41,727 nt of DNA, from IMG/VR virus record IMGVR_UViG_3300049191_000038, positions 1 to 41,727 of that record, one strand, 5' to 3'. The notes under the pieces were generated by a model. It was not told the origin of the DNA and searched no databases. It was given only the letters and a program-made list of their open reading frames with translations. Below, piece after piece: positions 32,601-41,727 of this stretch; the stretch's first letter is position 1; the number at the start of each line of letters is the position of its first letter. Source of the stretch: a virus. A program made the position numbers and the translations under genes.

Positions 32601-35600
32601 ACCAAAAATATCAGCAATTTCTTGTGGAGCTAACCCATTCTTAGAAACGATACCTTTAGGAAGAGATAGTTCTTTTTTAAAGTTCTTACCATATTTAGCA
32701 ATCATCCAAGCTTCATCCAATTTAAAATTAGAATTACCTATGTTTACAGATAAATCAGAAGGAAGTGGTGTCCCATAAGGAGTTTGATATTTTTGCAAAC
32801 CAGCAATTGCTTTATATATAGGCATTGCATTTAATTCTTTTTCAACCTCATACCTAACTGAATCTCTCTTTGCTTCATATTCTTGCGTCTTGGTCTTCTT
32901 GTAGTCTGCCATGAGTTTTGATGTGATTTGTTCTCGCGCAGACTCTTTAGCTTCCGATAAGGCTTCTTTGTATTTCTCATATTCTGCCTCACTCATACCA
33001 ACAGATTTAGCATCGCTAATTAAAGGCTTATCAATATTCATTTCAGATTCTGCCTGACTAACAGCTGAATCTCCAATAAGCATACGATCAAATACGGCAC
33101 GAACTTCATCAGTTAATTCTACTTTTTGCTGAACAAGCATTTTATAGGCTTGAAGTATCCATGCTCTCAGGCGTGCAAATACTGGTTTTAATTCTTTACT
33201 AGGCGCCTTACCTTCCATAATGTATGTTTCATATGCATCAGCTGCTTTTTCGTGCTGCTCAACTGTAAGCTTTTCACCAGGTTTAGCACCAACAAAGTCC
33301 CATAAAGTCTCGTAATCTTTTTTCAAAGACTCTGGAGCTTGAGGCATTTGAGCTAACTCATGCATTTGCTCAACAAAGAAGTGTCCTGTTTCATGGATGA
33401 AAGTTGAAGCATCTGCATTTTTTAATAAGTCGATATTGACAGAATCTACGCCAAAACGGATTTGACCTCTAATGTTTTGATCATCTGCCTGTTCAAATTT
33501 AGCCTGATTAAAGACCCGAGGCTTTTCTAACTTTTTAGTAAAGACTTTATTTTTCTCATCAAGCTTATAACCAGCAGCTCTGAACAAATCAGCATAAGGG
33601 CTATTAACATCTATCTTTAATTTTTTAAGATCAGCTGTGGCGTAAGTTGCTCCATTACGAGCTGCTGCCTGGTCAATAGAAGTAATCATGTCAGCGCCAA
33701 GGTTTAAAGTATCTTCTGTTGATTTTAATTTAGAAAAAGAAAATACATCACCAGCTTCTGACTTAGTAATAGTTCCATTAACTTCAACGCCTTCCACTGG
33801 ATTAAGAGATAGCTTGTCTCCAACTTTAGAAGGCTGAACTTTAAAACCTCTTGGCTGAATAGGGCCAGATTGATTTAAAACTCCTTCTGTTCCAACTGGA
33901 TTTTCTAGTGAGCTAATTGTAAGGTTATTAGCTTTATAAGCTTCATATGGATCAAATCCAAACTGCTCGCCAATAACTTTATATCTAGCCTCATATAGTG
34001 CAGCATTTGCTTTTGCCTGCTTTGACTCAACCCCAGCATTCTTTAATTGAGCTTCAACATCTGCACGAACTCGCTTAGCTGATTTTTCAAAATCAATCTT
34101 AACGCCTGTTCCACCCTGAACACCAGCCTCAACCTTTTGAGCTGATTCTGATTGCTGAGATATTTCAGATTTTAATTGTTCTTGCTCAAGCTTTAATTCG
34201 TTAGCAGTCAAGCCTTCTGGATTAAATTTAATATCTTGAGCAAGACCTTCATAGTGTTCTGTATTGATAGTCTTCTCAGTCCATTCAGACATAGGAATAG
34301 AAATATCAGATCCTGCTTCTTTAGCGGCTTCATACTTTTCTTTAATGCCTAACTGCTGAGCAGCTTCAACTGGAGATATCTTTTTAGATTGATAGTAAGT
34401 TTCAAAAGCCTGAACTGGAATAAACACGTCTTGTATTTGCGTTCCTTGAGTCACGCCATCCATGAATTCTTTAAACTTTTCAGGCAAACGCCCTTTTAGC
34501 TTTGATTCTTTGGCGGCCTCACCTATTTGTTGATAAGCATCTTGAGCTGCAACAATTTCAGATTTTTGTTGAAACATTCTGTATCCAGCATCAACAGAGA
34601 TAGCTGATCCAGAAATAACTCCGCCACTACCAGCGCCTACAAGGAAAGCATTTGCTGCACGAGTTCCTATTCCATCAAGAGCTTTATCATTAATTCCTAA
34701 TCCGTAATCAACCATATCTTGAGATGCTGATGTTACAAACTCCTCAGCTCCCTCAGTTCCAGCTGATTTTGCGATCTCTTTTAAACCGCGAGCAAAAACT
34801 TCCTTAGCTCCTTCTTTACCTAAAGACCTAGTAATCTGTTTAATGGATTCTTTAAACCCGCTTGAACCAACTCCGCCTATGGCTTCGATACCAGCTTCAA
34901 GTCCACCAGTAGCGATTGCCCCAGATCTTGCTACATCTAAAGGAACACCCTGCTCTAGGTTTTGAGCAAACTTTTCCCCAGCACTTCCTGCAAACATAAC
35001 AGGCAAGCCTGCGCCGCGAGATACTGCAAGCAATGCAAGATTAGGAATATTGCTAGCTATCTGATAGGCAAAAGATTTGCCAGCATCCGCATAATTTCCA
35101 CCACGAGCTGATTCGATAATTCCTAAAGACATTTGCTCAGGAGCATATTGAGAAGCTTTTTCATCTAAGTATTTAGTAACAGAATTTTTATATAAACTCT
35201 CTGGAACAGGGCCCGCTTCCTTTTGAGCCTCAGCGCGAGCAACAGCTCCATAAGATCCTTCGTATAACCAATCAGGACCTGGCGCTTCTGAATAAGATAA
35301 TGCAGGCGCTTTTGCTAATCCCGATAAAGTTTTAAAAAATCCAGATTTAACAGCATTAACCAAGTTAGATCCAAACCCTTGATTCTTAGCCGCGCTTTCA
35401 ACTTTTCCTAAAGCTTCCATATCGTCTTTAGCGACTGAGGCATTATCAGGATTAGTTAAAAATCTACCAAGAGCAGGAGTGGCAGAAAAGATCTTTGAAG
35501 CATTAATAGACTTTGCTTCATCTTCTTTTGATAAAGTATCTAGACTATCCTCAGCTAATTGAGTTGAAATGTTATATTTGTTAGCAAGCTTAATAGCCTT

Positions 35601-35801
35601 AGCAGTTGTCTCTGGATTTTTTTGAGAGGCAACATACATTGATTGACCTAAAGAATCTTCAGGCGTTTCAACTGGCTCAATAGGCTTAACGGTTTCGTCT
35701 ACAGGCTCATACTCAGTTGGGTCATATTGAACTCCAGGCTGAGTATTTTGTGCTGGCTCAACTACTTCAAACTCATCTGGATTGTATTCAACGCCGCTCA
35801 T
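29601..35801 (-). CDS. Giant internal virion / ejection protein (2066 aa) with zincin HExxH motif
   Basis: Occupies the gp16-like position between internal proteins and fibres. FIHETGHFF at residues 801-809 (HETGH = 33381..33395). Gly-rich N-terminal third; hydrophobic helices near the C-terminus. Confidence 0.8.
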   Translation of the reverse strand: MSGVEYNPDEFEVVEPAQNTQPGVQYDPTEYEPVDETVKPIEPVETPEDSLGQSMYVASQKNPETTAKAIKLANKYNISTQLAEDSLDTLSKEDEAKSINASKIFSATPALGRFLTNPDNASVAKDDMEALGKVESAAKNQGFGSNLVNAVKSGFFKTLSGLAKAPALSYSEAPGPDWLYEGSYGAVARAEAQKEAGPVPESLYKNSVTKYLDEKASQYAPEQMSLGIIESARGGNYADAGKSFAYQIASNIPNLALLAVSRGAGLPVMFAGSAGEKFAQNLEQGVPLDVARSGAIATGGLEAGIEAIGGVGSSGFKESIKQITRSLGKEGAKEVFARGLKEIAKSAGTEGAEEFVTSASQDMVDYGLGINDKALDGIGTRAANAFLVGAGSGGVISGSAISVDAGYRMFQQKSEIVAAQDAYQQIGEAAKESKLKGRLPEKFKEFMDGVTQGTQIQDVFIPVQAFETYYQSKKISPVEAAQQLGIKEKYEAAKEAGSDISIPMSEWTEKTINTEHYEGLAQDIKFNPEGLTANELKLEQEQLKSEISQQSESAQKVEAGVQGGTGVKIDFEKSAKRVRADVEAQLKNAGVESKQAKANAALYEARYKVIGEQFGFDPYEAYKANNLTISSLENPVGTEGVLNQSGPIQPRGFKVQPSKVGDKLSLNPVEGVEVNGTITKSEAGDVFSFSKLKSTEDTLNLGADMITSIDQAAARNGATYATADLKKLKIDVNSPYADLFRAAGYKLDEKNKVFTKKLEKPRVFNQAKFEQADDQNIRGQIRFGVDSVNIDLLKNADASTFIHETGHFFVEQMHELAQMPQAPESLKKDYETLWDFVGAKPGEKLTVEQHEKAADAYETYIMEGKAPSKELKPVFARLRAWILQAYKMLVQQKVELTDEVRAVFDRMLIGDSAVSQAESEMNIDKPLISDAKSVGMSEAEYEKYKEALSEAKESAREQITSKLMADYKKTKTQEYEAKRDSVRYEVEKELNAMPIYKAIAGLQKYQTPYGTPLPSDLSVNIGNSNFKLDEAWMIAKYGKNFKKELSLPKGIVSKNGLAPQEIADIFGFASGEDLINSLMITEDKQQRIERETNARMELQNPDTVTSGQLPDEVLKAVHNEERAKVLRLELKALAQSNLPALKNIIKKIARRVPTEKAVREQAAETISKLSTKDIRPVIYKRAEVKYAKEAGQLLAKGDIEGAFEAKRKELLNFELYRAAVDARENIDKTLKDFKKKIVKSDEDISKNRDSDIVNAARALLADYGIMRADKTADEYLANIKKYDQDTYNGIQVLIEPTIAGAGDYKSVSYNAFLDLKDAVNALWDLSKSTREMEIDGKKVDKDLAKSELITQQDDIDIQSDKKKEYQTTMDKWGRTKSALLGAKASLVRTEHWADAMDVQFGGPHRRFIWQPISQAVNNYKLKKSDVLKQLESILKSNEKSFTNDPIVASEFKSEKYPGGFMFQNKQELIMAVLHSGNNSNLQKLLVGRGWGSINELGQLDRSKWDQFFERMILEGKITKSDMDMVQAIWDLNESMKPDSQKAHKQMYGYYFKEITADPIQTPFGEYRGGYMPAKVDINENEDAAIRNEKEEFESNNKSFMYPTTGRGFTKSRVDQYAAPLSLDMRLISSHIDASLRFTYIEPRVKEVARLVTDKEFRASLSRIDSAIAKDMLIPWLQRAAQQKVVLPSDDGLGRALDAGARFFRKNVAAQIMFGNVTNSLQQLTGLVVAMSLVKPRHIRNAMINYIGSPKLTANEITEKSKYMKAAMDSNIFDIANSVNDIILNPSTFEKFKNFSSKHTYFLQSAMQNLVNTVVWSGGYNQAIEEGMSESEAIQFADSSVRKSQGSMSAEDVSRFETGTATAMLFKQFVGYFNMLANLNAGELTRISRDVGLKKGAGRAFYLYMTAFMLPAVLSSMVVQLMSGKGLDQDDDDEYADDLLKTFFESQFQTFTAMIPYGGQFAVSAYNRFNDKAYDDKLNLSPVISTIEGVAGLPKTLYQNLADDADNNKKLTSDVLTFIGTFTGLPAAPLKKPINYLTDVSSGEAEPTGPIDFARGLVTGKTGNEGQ

Positions 35802-37452
35802 AAAGTCCTGTCTTTTCGTTCAAGTATAAAATCTCACCAGTCTTTTTGCTTCTAATAGATTTAGGCTTACTTAAAGAAGCTGTATCCATGATCTTTTTCT
35901 TATCTTCAGGATTTGCAAAATCAAGAATTTGCTCATTATCAGCCACTTCAAAAGCACGCTTCTTAGTATCCCAAAGCATTCCTTTTTCAGTAATAACCTC
36001 AACTGACAATTGATTAGCTATTTGCTGCATCTCTGTATCTTTAGGCTTTCGTCCGTTCTCATCTCTAAATCTTTCAAGAGCTGAGTAGAACTTATTTTTA
36101 AACTCAGTAGCCTTTGGGTTCTTATCTTTAATTTTCATCTTAGCTAAATAAGATGAAGCAATAGCAGAATCATCCCTAAAGTTTTGAAGATCCTTAGATC
36201 CTTTTCCAGATTTAATATCTTGCTTCATTTTATAGACTTTATCCCAGTCAGCTCTAGATAATTTATTCCTAGCCTCAGCGCTTTGAATATTATAATTTTT
36301 CAAATTGTTTGGATCTTTTGCGAAATCTTCCATGATGCCTTGCCAATAATCTCTGTCAGTCTGAATAGTCTTTCCAGATGATATATTATTAGCGTACGTA
36401 GTTATGTTTTCTTTTTCATTAATAGTCATTCCAGACATAAGCCTGTTGACCCTTGGATCGGTTAAATCCCCGCCATTCTTATCAAGCAAGTCTCCGATAT
36501 ATTGACTTGTATTCTCTTGATCCTCACGCTCTGCTTGTTTTCTTAAATTAAACTGGCGAGAAATATTATCAACTAAAGCTTGTCTTTTTTTAGGATCATC
36601 TTTAGTCATAGAATTTGCCATTGATAAGGCCTGCCTATAACTACCAGTCTGAGCTAAAATCTTATCACCTTCTCTTTGGGCATAAGCTGCACTGGCAGAA
36701 GCCTCTAAAGACTTCTCAACATTAGCAATATCTTTACCAGCGATGCTTAATTTATTGGCATTAAAATATTCTTGCGCCGCCAAGTCCTGTCCGTTATCAA
36801 CCATTCTGTCAATAATAGATACATGAACTTTAGAAGCATATTCCAACTTCATTTGATCTTTGGCCTGTTGAGGCATACCCTTAAATGCAGGACTTTCATC
36901 AAAAGAAGTCATGACATCTTTAATAGATTCGTTAACAATATCTGGGTTTTGATAATTAGTTATTGCATAATTGAATTTTGAATCAGCGTAAGATGTTGCA
37001 AGCTGCTTATTGTAAACATCGATTTCATTTCCAACATGCTTACTGACTTGATTGTTAAGCTGCATTCCCTTTTCAGAAGCCATTCTTTTAAAGGCTTGCT
37101 TAGCAAGTGGGTTAGTAATTTCTTGCTCAATCTTTAATAGGTTTTCTTTATAGGCTTTAGATACATTTTCAGGAGCATCAAATGCTTGCTCGCCTTTGAG
37201 GTTAAGAGCTCCATATTCAGGATTATTTAATAAATCATTTTGAGCATTAGTTAATTGCTCATCCGCTTTCATGATTTGGTTTTTTGCCGCATCTTTATAA
37301 GCGTCTAAAGCTATATCACCAATAGCACCAGCCGCTTGAGATATCTTTTGACCTCCGCCAAAAGATTCAATACCAGGACCTTCAGTTGGCACCCTTGTTC
37401 CAGCTAATGCTCTTTCATCTACTTGCTGCTGTATTCTTGGCACTGATGGCAC
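35788..37452 (-). CDS. Internal virion protein (554 aa, gp15-like position)
   Basis: Position between the gp12-like protein and the giant protein. Helical and charged; no catalytic motif recognised. Confidence 0.55.
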   Translation of the reverse strand: MPSVPRIQQQVDERALAGTRVPTEGPGIESFGGGQKISQAAGAIGDIALDAYKDAAKNQIMKADEQLTNAQNDLLNNPEYGALNLKGEQAFDAPENVSKAYKENLLKIEQEITNPLAKQAFKRMASEKGMQLNNQVSKHVGNEIDVYNKQLATSYADSKFNYAITNYQNPDIVNESIKDVMTSFDESPAFKGMPQQAKDQMKLEYASKVHVSIIDRMVDNGQDLAAQEYFNANKLSIAGKDIANVEKSLEASASAAYAQREGDKILAQTGSYRQALSMANSMTKDDPKKRQALVDNISRQFNLRKQAEREDQENTSQYIGDLLDKNGGDLTDPRVNRLMSGMTINEKENITTYANNISSGKTIQTDRDYWQGIMEDFAKDPNNLKNYNIQSAEARNKLSRADWDKVYKMKQDIKSGKGSKDLQNFRDDSAIASSYLAKMKIKDKNPKATEFKNKFYSALERFRDENGRKPKDTEMQQIANQLSVEVITEKGMLWDTKKRAFEVADNEQILDFANPEDKKKIMDTASLSKPKSIRSKKTGEILYLNEKTGLYERR

Positions 37453-37454
37453 GA

Positions 37455-37910
37455 TTAACCTCCGCCTAAATACTTACCGGCTTCTTTTGCTGATTGTAGT
37501 CCACCAACTAAAAGAGTTTGAGCAGCGCTAGATTTAGCTGCTGATTTTGCCAAACGTCCCTGCAGTGCATAATCTTCAGCTTGAGATTTATATCCCATAG
37601 CCTCACGAAAAGCGTTTGTTCTAATTGTTTGAATATCTTCTTGGCCGATTGCTTGAGTCTCAGCTTGAATAGCTGAAGCTGTTCCAGAATTAACAACAAC
37701 TCCTTGAGATGCGTAACCTGCTCGCTGAGTTCCTATAACTTGCTTAACTTTATCCCCATATCTTCCGGCCTCTTTTTCGCCTCTTTGAAAAGCATCTTCT
37801 GCTTGAAGCATTGCTCTTCGCTCATTAATTTTAGCCATGGCTGATTGGTATTTAGCCTGACTCCTGGTTGCATCAGCGTTAACTAAGGCGCCTATCATAC
37901 TTGCTGCCAT
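37455..37910 (-). CDS. Small internal virion protein (151 aa)
   Basis: Position after the gp12-like gene. Ala/Gln-rich helical sequence. Confidence 0.55.
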   Translation of the reverse strand: MAASMIGALVNADATRSQAKYQSAMAKINERRAMLQAEDAFQRGEKEAGRYGDKVKQVIGTQRAGYASQGVVVNSGTASAIQAETQAIGQEDIQTIRTNAFREAMGYKSQAEDYALQGRLAKSAAKSSAAQTLLVGGLQSAKEAGKYLGGG

Positions 37911-37912
37911 AA

Positions 37913-40534
37913 CTAACCCCCTCTGATCGGAAATTTTCCAGCTGGCAATACAGCAAGAATTGTTAATGGTACTGGGTCTGTCTGTCTTATAAAAACTCTA
38001 CCGTTTGAATTCCAGTGAGATTGTAAATCAACCTCAACAACTTCCGTCTTTAATTCAACAGGCTCATCATAAGATTCAAAGCCCCTAAGTTTGTATTCAT
38101 TTAATCCATCTAAAAAGCCAACCGTTTCATCGGGCTCTTCACTTCCGGCCCATATCCCACGAGAGGCTTCAACAAATAAACTAAGTTTATTAATTATCTG
38201 TTTTTTATCTGATATCGTTTCTCCGTTAGGATTATCAATATTTAAAGTTTCAAGGTCTGCAGTTATTGGAATTCCTATATGAATAACTCCATAACAATCA
38301 TCAAGAGTTATTGATCCACTTGAAACAGTAACAGTTGTGTATGAAGAATTGTTTGGGTTAGCAACTACAAAACCGTCAGCAAATACGCTTACCGTTTCGC
38401 CTTCCAAATGCCATAGACCTCTGATTGTATCAACAGCACGAGACCAGTCAGTAATAGCAACAGAGCGCATCCCAGCAGGTACGGTTTTATTTGGTCTACC
38501 GCGCATAACTGTTCCTGAGACATATTCAGTAAGCTCAAGCCTAATAATGGTTCCATCAGCCCCCGTTAAGTGTATTTCGTTTCCAACTTCAGTTGACGAG
38601 AAATAAGATGTACTAGAAGTAATATTTACTGTCGATGTATAGTCCCATCCACCAGATAAATATTCAGATAGCGTCATCGATTGAGATCCAGTGTTTCTTC
38701 CATCATAACTTAAATGGCAATCAATTATTTTAACATCTTCAATCTGATCTATCTGGCGAGTTACCATTTTTTCAATATACTTAACTGTCGATCCATTGAT
38801 AACTCTTTGAACTACAAAATAAACTTCATCCTCAGTAGTTCCAGGAATAGTACAGACGTTTTCAAAAACTCCGCCTTCAGTGTCATGCTGATGCCAAGCT
38901 AATACTTGCTGTTCTTTTAAATATGTAAGCCCAAGAAGCTTGCCGTCAGATCTAACAGCCCATAATATAGAGTTAGGGACCTGCTGAAAAGCCCAATCAG
39001 ATATTGTATAGTTCTTAAATAAGTGTGATGAGAATAAACTTAAATTGTTCCCATCATAACCGTTAGACTCAATTTTATAAGAAAAATCCCTTACAATAGA
39101 TCCGCGAGCTTGAACATAGATAGCGCTATTGCCAATCACAATTGGAGTTAATTGCGGGTCAGACCCGTAATAAGTTGATTGCGTCGCATTGATTCTAGTT
39201 GGAACAATTCCACCAGCATCATCACCATTAACTATCCATTCACCTGATTCTGTAAATACAGCAAGTCTGCCAATATCAACAAGATGGTAAACCTGAGAAA
39301 TTAACTTTCCAGCCAATGTAAACTCTATTGAATCAGAATCTTGAATTGGTTTATTGACTTGAAAATTTGTAAAAGATCCCGTTCCAGATAACCAAATTTT
39401 TTCTGGATTATTGTTTGTATTAGCTAATGCTAGCCTTTGTTGATAAAAAGTTATTGCTGACGGATAATCATTAGCTGCATCAAATACAGCTCGATCTGTA
39501 GGTGGATTATCAGTATAGTCAGGAGTATATCCAATATCATCAAATTGAGCTACAGTCCCAGAGCAAGTTCCAACAAAACCCCATATCCCGGCTCGGAGTA
39601 AATAAATATTATGCTCGTAAGGATCACCAAGAGAAGTAAATGTTATCCTATTAAAATTAGTGCTAGATAAGGTAGCGTTTCCAGTAGTTGTACTGTTAGA
39701 TGTTCCAACACTTTCTTCTCCAGTTCTTGGATCAAAAGTTGTTACTAAATAAGTGTATGTTGTCGAGCCAGTAGTTCCTTGTGGAGTTATTCCTAAGCCA
39801 GTAACAGATGCCCCGTTTACCTCCGGGAAAAAAGTAACAGAAGATAAAGTCCAACTAATATCGCCAGTTCTTGATAAAACTCGAGTAGTATAATTTGGAT
39901 GAACTATATATAAAACATCACCGCTTTGAGCAAATTTTAAATCGGCAATCTCAGTATCTTGATAAGGAGTTGATATCTCATAAATTTCTTCAATGGTCCC
40001 GCCAGAAGTATAAGAACCCATTGCTGTTGTATTAACAGCTGTTCCATTTAAATAATTTAATTCAAAAGTATTTAATCCAGTATTAACGTTAGCAACTTTA
40101 AATGTCCTACCGTTTAGGTTATTTCCTAATGTACCGGCAAGGCCTGAGATGTAAACCTGATCACCGTTTGCGTAGTTATCAGCGCCAGAATAAGTTAAAA
40201 CGCCAGTGGATGCGTTTGAGATGGTCGTGATATTTTGAGCTGTTCTTTTTTGAATAACACCGTCTTTAATAACGCGCATGTATTCATCACCAAACTCTAG
40301 AACATAGGTAACACTGCGAGAGAAAACAAAAGGGATGAGACGAACATCCTTTGTAGAATCTTTAACTTCATGGATAAATTCAGTTCCAGGTCGGTTTTCA
40401 GCTCCTCCATGGATCATACTGTATAAGTTACGCATTTTCTTAACAGACGTATAATACTTATTTACATCTGTTCTAGCGTACAAACTTGGTGATATTTCAC
40501 CACCTGAAAAAGATCTTTGAGAATTAGTGGACAT
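37913..40534 (-). CDS. Tail tubular protein B-like (nozzle, gp12-like)
   Basis: 873 aa. N-terminus ...RSFSGGEISPSLYARTDVNKYYTSVKKMRNL...GGAENRPGTEFI follows the GG-I-S-x-x-P...RPG pattern of T7 gp12-type proteins. Confidence 0.65.
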   Translation of the reverse strand: MSTNSQRSFSGGEISPSLYARTDVNKYYTSVKKMRNLYSMIHGGAENRPGTEFIHEVKDSTKDVRLIPFVFSRSVTYVLEFGDEYMRVIKDGVIQKRTAQNITTISNASTGVLTYSGADNYANGDQVYISGLAGTLGNNLNGRTFKVANVNTGLNTFELNYLNGTAVNTTAMGSYTSGGTIEEIYEISTPYQDTEIADLKFAQSGDVLYIVHPNYTTRVLSRTGDISWTLSSVTFFPEVNGASVTGLGITPQGTTGSTTYTYLVTTFDPRTGEESVGTSNSTTTGNATLSSTNFNRITFTSLGDPYEHNIYLLRAGIWGFVGTCSGTVAQFDDIGYTPDYTDNPPTDRAVFDAANDYPSAITFYQQRLALANTNNNPEKIWLSGTGSFTNFQVNKPIQDSDSIEFTLAGKLISQVYHLVDIGRLAVFTESGEWIVNGDDAGGIVPTRINATQSTYYGSDPQLTPIVIGNSAIYVQARGSIVRDFSYKIESNGYDGNNLSLFSSHLFKNYTISDWAFQQVPNSILWAVRSDGKLLGLTYLKEQQVLAWHQHDTEGGVFENVCTIPGTTEDEVYFVVQRVINGSTVKYIEKMVTRQIDQIEDVKIIDCHLSYDGRNTGSQSMTLSEYLSGGWDYTSTVNITSSTSYFSSTEVGNEIHLTGADGTIIRLELTEYVSGTVMRGRPNKTVPAGMRSVAITDWSRAVDTIRGLWHLEGETVSVFADGFVVANPNNSSYTTVTVSSGSITLDDCYGVIHIGIPITADLETLNIDNPNGETISDKKQIINKLSLFVEASRGIWAGSEEPDETVGFLDGLNEYKLRGFESYDEPVELKTEVVEVDLQSHWNSNGRVFIRQTDPVPLTILAVLPAGKFPIRGG

Positions 40535-40923
40535 TAGTCTCCTTGTCCGTCTTCTTCGTACCCGTCAGATTCTTCAGCATAAAGCTTACTGGCTGGATCA
40601 GCTTTTGGTTTTCCAATTTCCATTTCAACTATCTGAAGATCCATATACATCTTTAAGCCGTATTCTTTTGATTCTGATTCGTTGGTCGAGCAAACCTCAA
40701 CCTTAGCTTTTAAATCCATAACCTGCCCAACCTCAGGCAAATCTTTAAAACCTAATGCTTTAATAACATCATTATCTAAGCAAAGTCTCAAGCCATATGG
40801 ATATTGTGGACCATCAATTTGCTTTTCACCTATAACAGCTGGATTTAAAGATGATCCGTTATTAATTCCCATTTGTTCATTTGTAGTTTTAAAAGTTATT
40901 TCTTTCAGTTTCATTGATTTCAT
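40534..40923 (-). CDS. Hypothetical virion-module protein (129 aa)
   Basis: The ORF-track start at 41058 overlaps the upstream gene by 134 nt. The ATG at 40923 lies 1 nt after the upstream stop. Confidence 0.55.
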   Translation of the reverse strand: MKSMKLKEITFKTTNEQMGINNGSSLNPAVIGEKQIDGPQYPYGLRLCLDNDVIKALGFKDLPEVGQVMDLKAKVEVCSTNESESKEYGLKMYMDLQIVEMEIGKPKADPASKLYAEESDGYEEDGQGD

Positions 40924-40924
40924 T

Positions 40925-41527
40925 TTATTCCCTAGCATTAATAAATTCAGATTGTGGAAGCTGCTCATCTTGTTGCTCATTAAATGAACTTGAAGATGCC
41001 CTTGATATTTCAATTTGATATAACTGTAATGTTTTTTGCTGCAGACCATACGGATCACCGCCAGTAAGAGCAGGAGCCAAGTAAGATGCTATTCTGTAAG
41101 AAAGTGCCATAACAAAATCTGGAGGATAAAAACTCGTATCATCTTCTCTTTTTGTATATTCAATAAAAGCGTCTTCAATATCGCAATATAAAATTCTACC
41201 AGAAGAGTCTTGAGATATTAAGTATGGAACGCGAGACTCCCTAGTGTCATTTCTAAGGCCTCCAAGTATTCTTCTTACATCCAAACAATCAGACGGATAT
41301 CTATATGAATAAGACCATTCATCATTTGGATCTTCTTCTACCAAACCTAAAGCACTAATTACAGAAGCAAAAGGCCATTTATATTCTCTTAAAACTATAT
41401 CTCGAACTATCTCATAAAATATACTGCAAAGCCTAGCTTCTTCTGATTGTTCAGTGAAGCTAGATATTCTTTTGGTATGACCCAAATGAGACAAAGCCAA
41501 ATTGCAAATCTCTACAGCAGAAGCCAT
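40925..41527 (-). CDS. Tail tubular protein A-like (adaptor, gp11-like)
   Basis: N-terminus ...EICNLALSHLGHTKRISSFTEQSEEARLCSIFYEIVRDIVLREYKWPFA parallels T7 gp11 (...NEILAAIGEPPVSSL...[20 protein letters not shown]). Confidence 0.6.
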   Translation of the reverse strand: MASAVEICNLALSHLGHTKRISSFTEQSEEARLCSIFYEIVRDIVLREYKWPFASVISALGLVEEDPNDEWSYSYRYPSDCLDVRRILGGLRNDTRESRVPYLISQDSSGRILYCDIEDAFIEYTKREDDTSFYPPDFVMALSYRIASYLAPALTGGDPYGLQQKTLQLYQIEISRASSSSFNEQQDEQLPQSEFINARE

Positions 41528-41536
41528 TTAAACCTC

Positions 41537-41727
41537 TTAAGTAAATCGACCAACAGCTATTGCGGTAGCTCCAGCTCCAGTGGTTACACGCCATCCACCA
41601 CTATTTGACTTGGCGCCAATATTAACCGAGTAAACACCAATTGGAGTGTTTGCAGCAGTAATTACAATTGATGACCCGCTCGCGCCGTCTTTAATGGAAA
41701 CCGTTCCAGTTGCTGATGTTGCAACAC
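41537..41727 (-). CDS. 3' part of the junction-spanning 103-aa gene (41601..41727 duplicates 1..127)
   Basis: The frame continues from position 1 into 41600. ...NSGGWRVTTGAGATAIAVGRFT then TAA at 41537..41539, followed by GAGG and the gp11-like start. Confidence 0.6.
   Translation of the reverse strand, partial: VATSATGTVSIKDGASGSSIVITAANTPIGVYSVNIGAKSNSGGWRVTTGAGATAIAVGRFT
41601..41727. repeat. 127-bp exact terminal duplication, copy 2
   Basis: Identical to 1..127. Confidence 0.95.

Noticed and set aside
1047-40987. The remaining short antisense or alternative-frame track ORFs. They are 1047..1304, 2201..2422, 4880..5083, 6075..6269, 6535..6717, 6891..7118, 11351..11596, 12926..13114, 13433..13618, 14961..15185, 15571..15849, 15692..15943, 17023..17226, 17135..17332, 18479..18751, 18898..19116, 19760..20032, 21464..21652, 24250..24513, 25254..25439, 25697..25894, 26834..27079, 28496..28711, 30957..31307, 30962..31162, 32560..32778, 36772..36981, 37508..37699, 38091..38282, 38337..38606, 38714..38902 and 40682..40987.
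   Set aside because: Each lies within or opposite a longer gene that fits the operon structure. None has a convincing RBS or recognisable motif.
40924-41058. N-terminal extensions proposed by the ORF track: 40534..41058, 27544..28626, 2712..3050, 25039..26094, 13327..15564 and 23670..24524
   Set aside because: The extended starts overlap the upstream genes by up to 134 nt or fall inside the RBS box. Internal ATGs placed 0-8 nt from the upstream stop fit the coupling pattern seen throughout the genome.
1-41727. CRISPR arrays, transposase/IS elements and rRNA genes
   Set aside because: No regularly spaced direct repeats, no transposase-like ORFs with inverted terminal repeats and no rRNA-like stretches were seen on either strand.

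Overview
Complete, circularly closed genome of a tailed dsDNA phage: the window ends share an exact 127-bp overlap, giving a unique length of 41,600 bp. Gene order and recognisable families indicate a podovirus-type virion. It has a portal, scaffold, HK97-type major capsid, gp11-like and gp12-like tail tubular proteins, three internal/ejection proteins (one a 2066-aa giant with an HExxH motif) and two tail-fibre genes. Two divergent arms start at 15565..15698. The minus-strand arm (about 30.6 kb) runs through the linearisation point. It carries the primase-helicase, an iteron plus AT-rich candidate origin, putative regulators, a TerS-like gene, a 4.3-kb block of unassigned structural-looking genes, TerL, head, tail, fibres and small membrane proteins. 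The plus-strand arm (about 11 kb) holds mostly tiny, translationally coupled early genes. Among them are a VRR-NUC nuclease, YqaJ-type exonuclease, GH19-like muramidase, XRE-type HTH protein, metallophosphoesterase and RecT. One oppositely oriented O-antigen ligase/polymerase-like membrane protein gene with its own promoter-like signal interrupts the plus arm next to a lipoprotein gene. No DNA polymerase, RNA polymerase, integrase, reverse transcriptase, canonical tRNA or CRISPR array was seen. About a dozen plausible 30-55-aa genes fall below the ORF-track cutoff and were read by hand, supported by ATGA/TAATG/GTGA start-stop coupling. All functional calls rest on motif recognition by eye; no searches were run.
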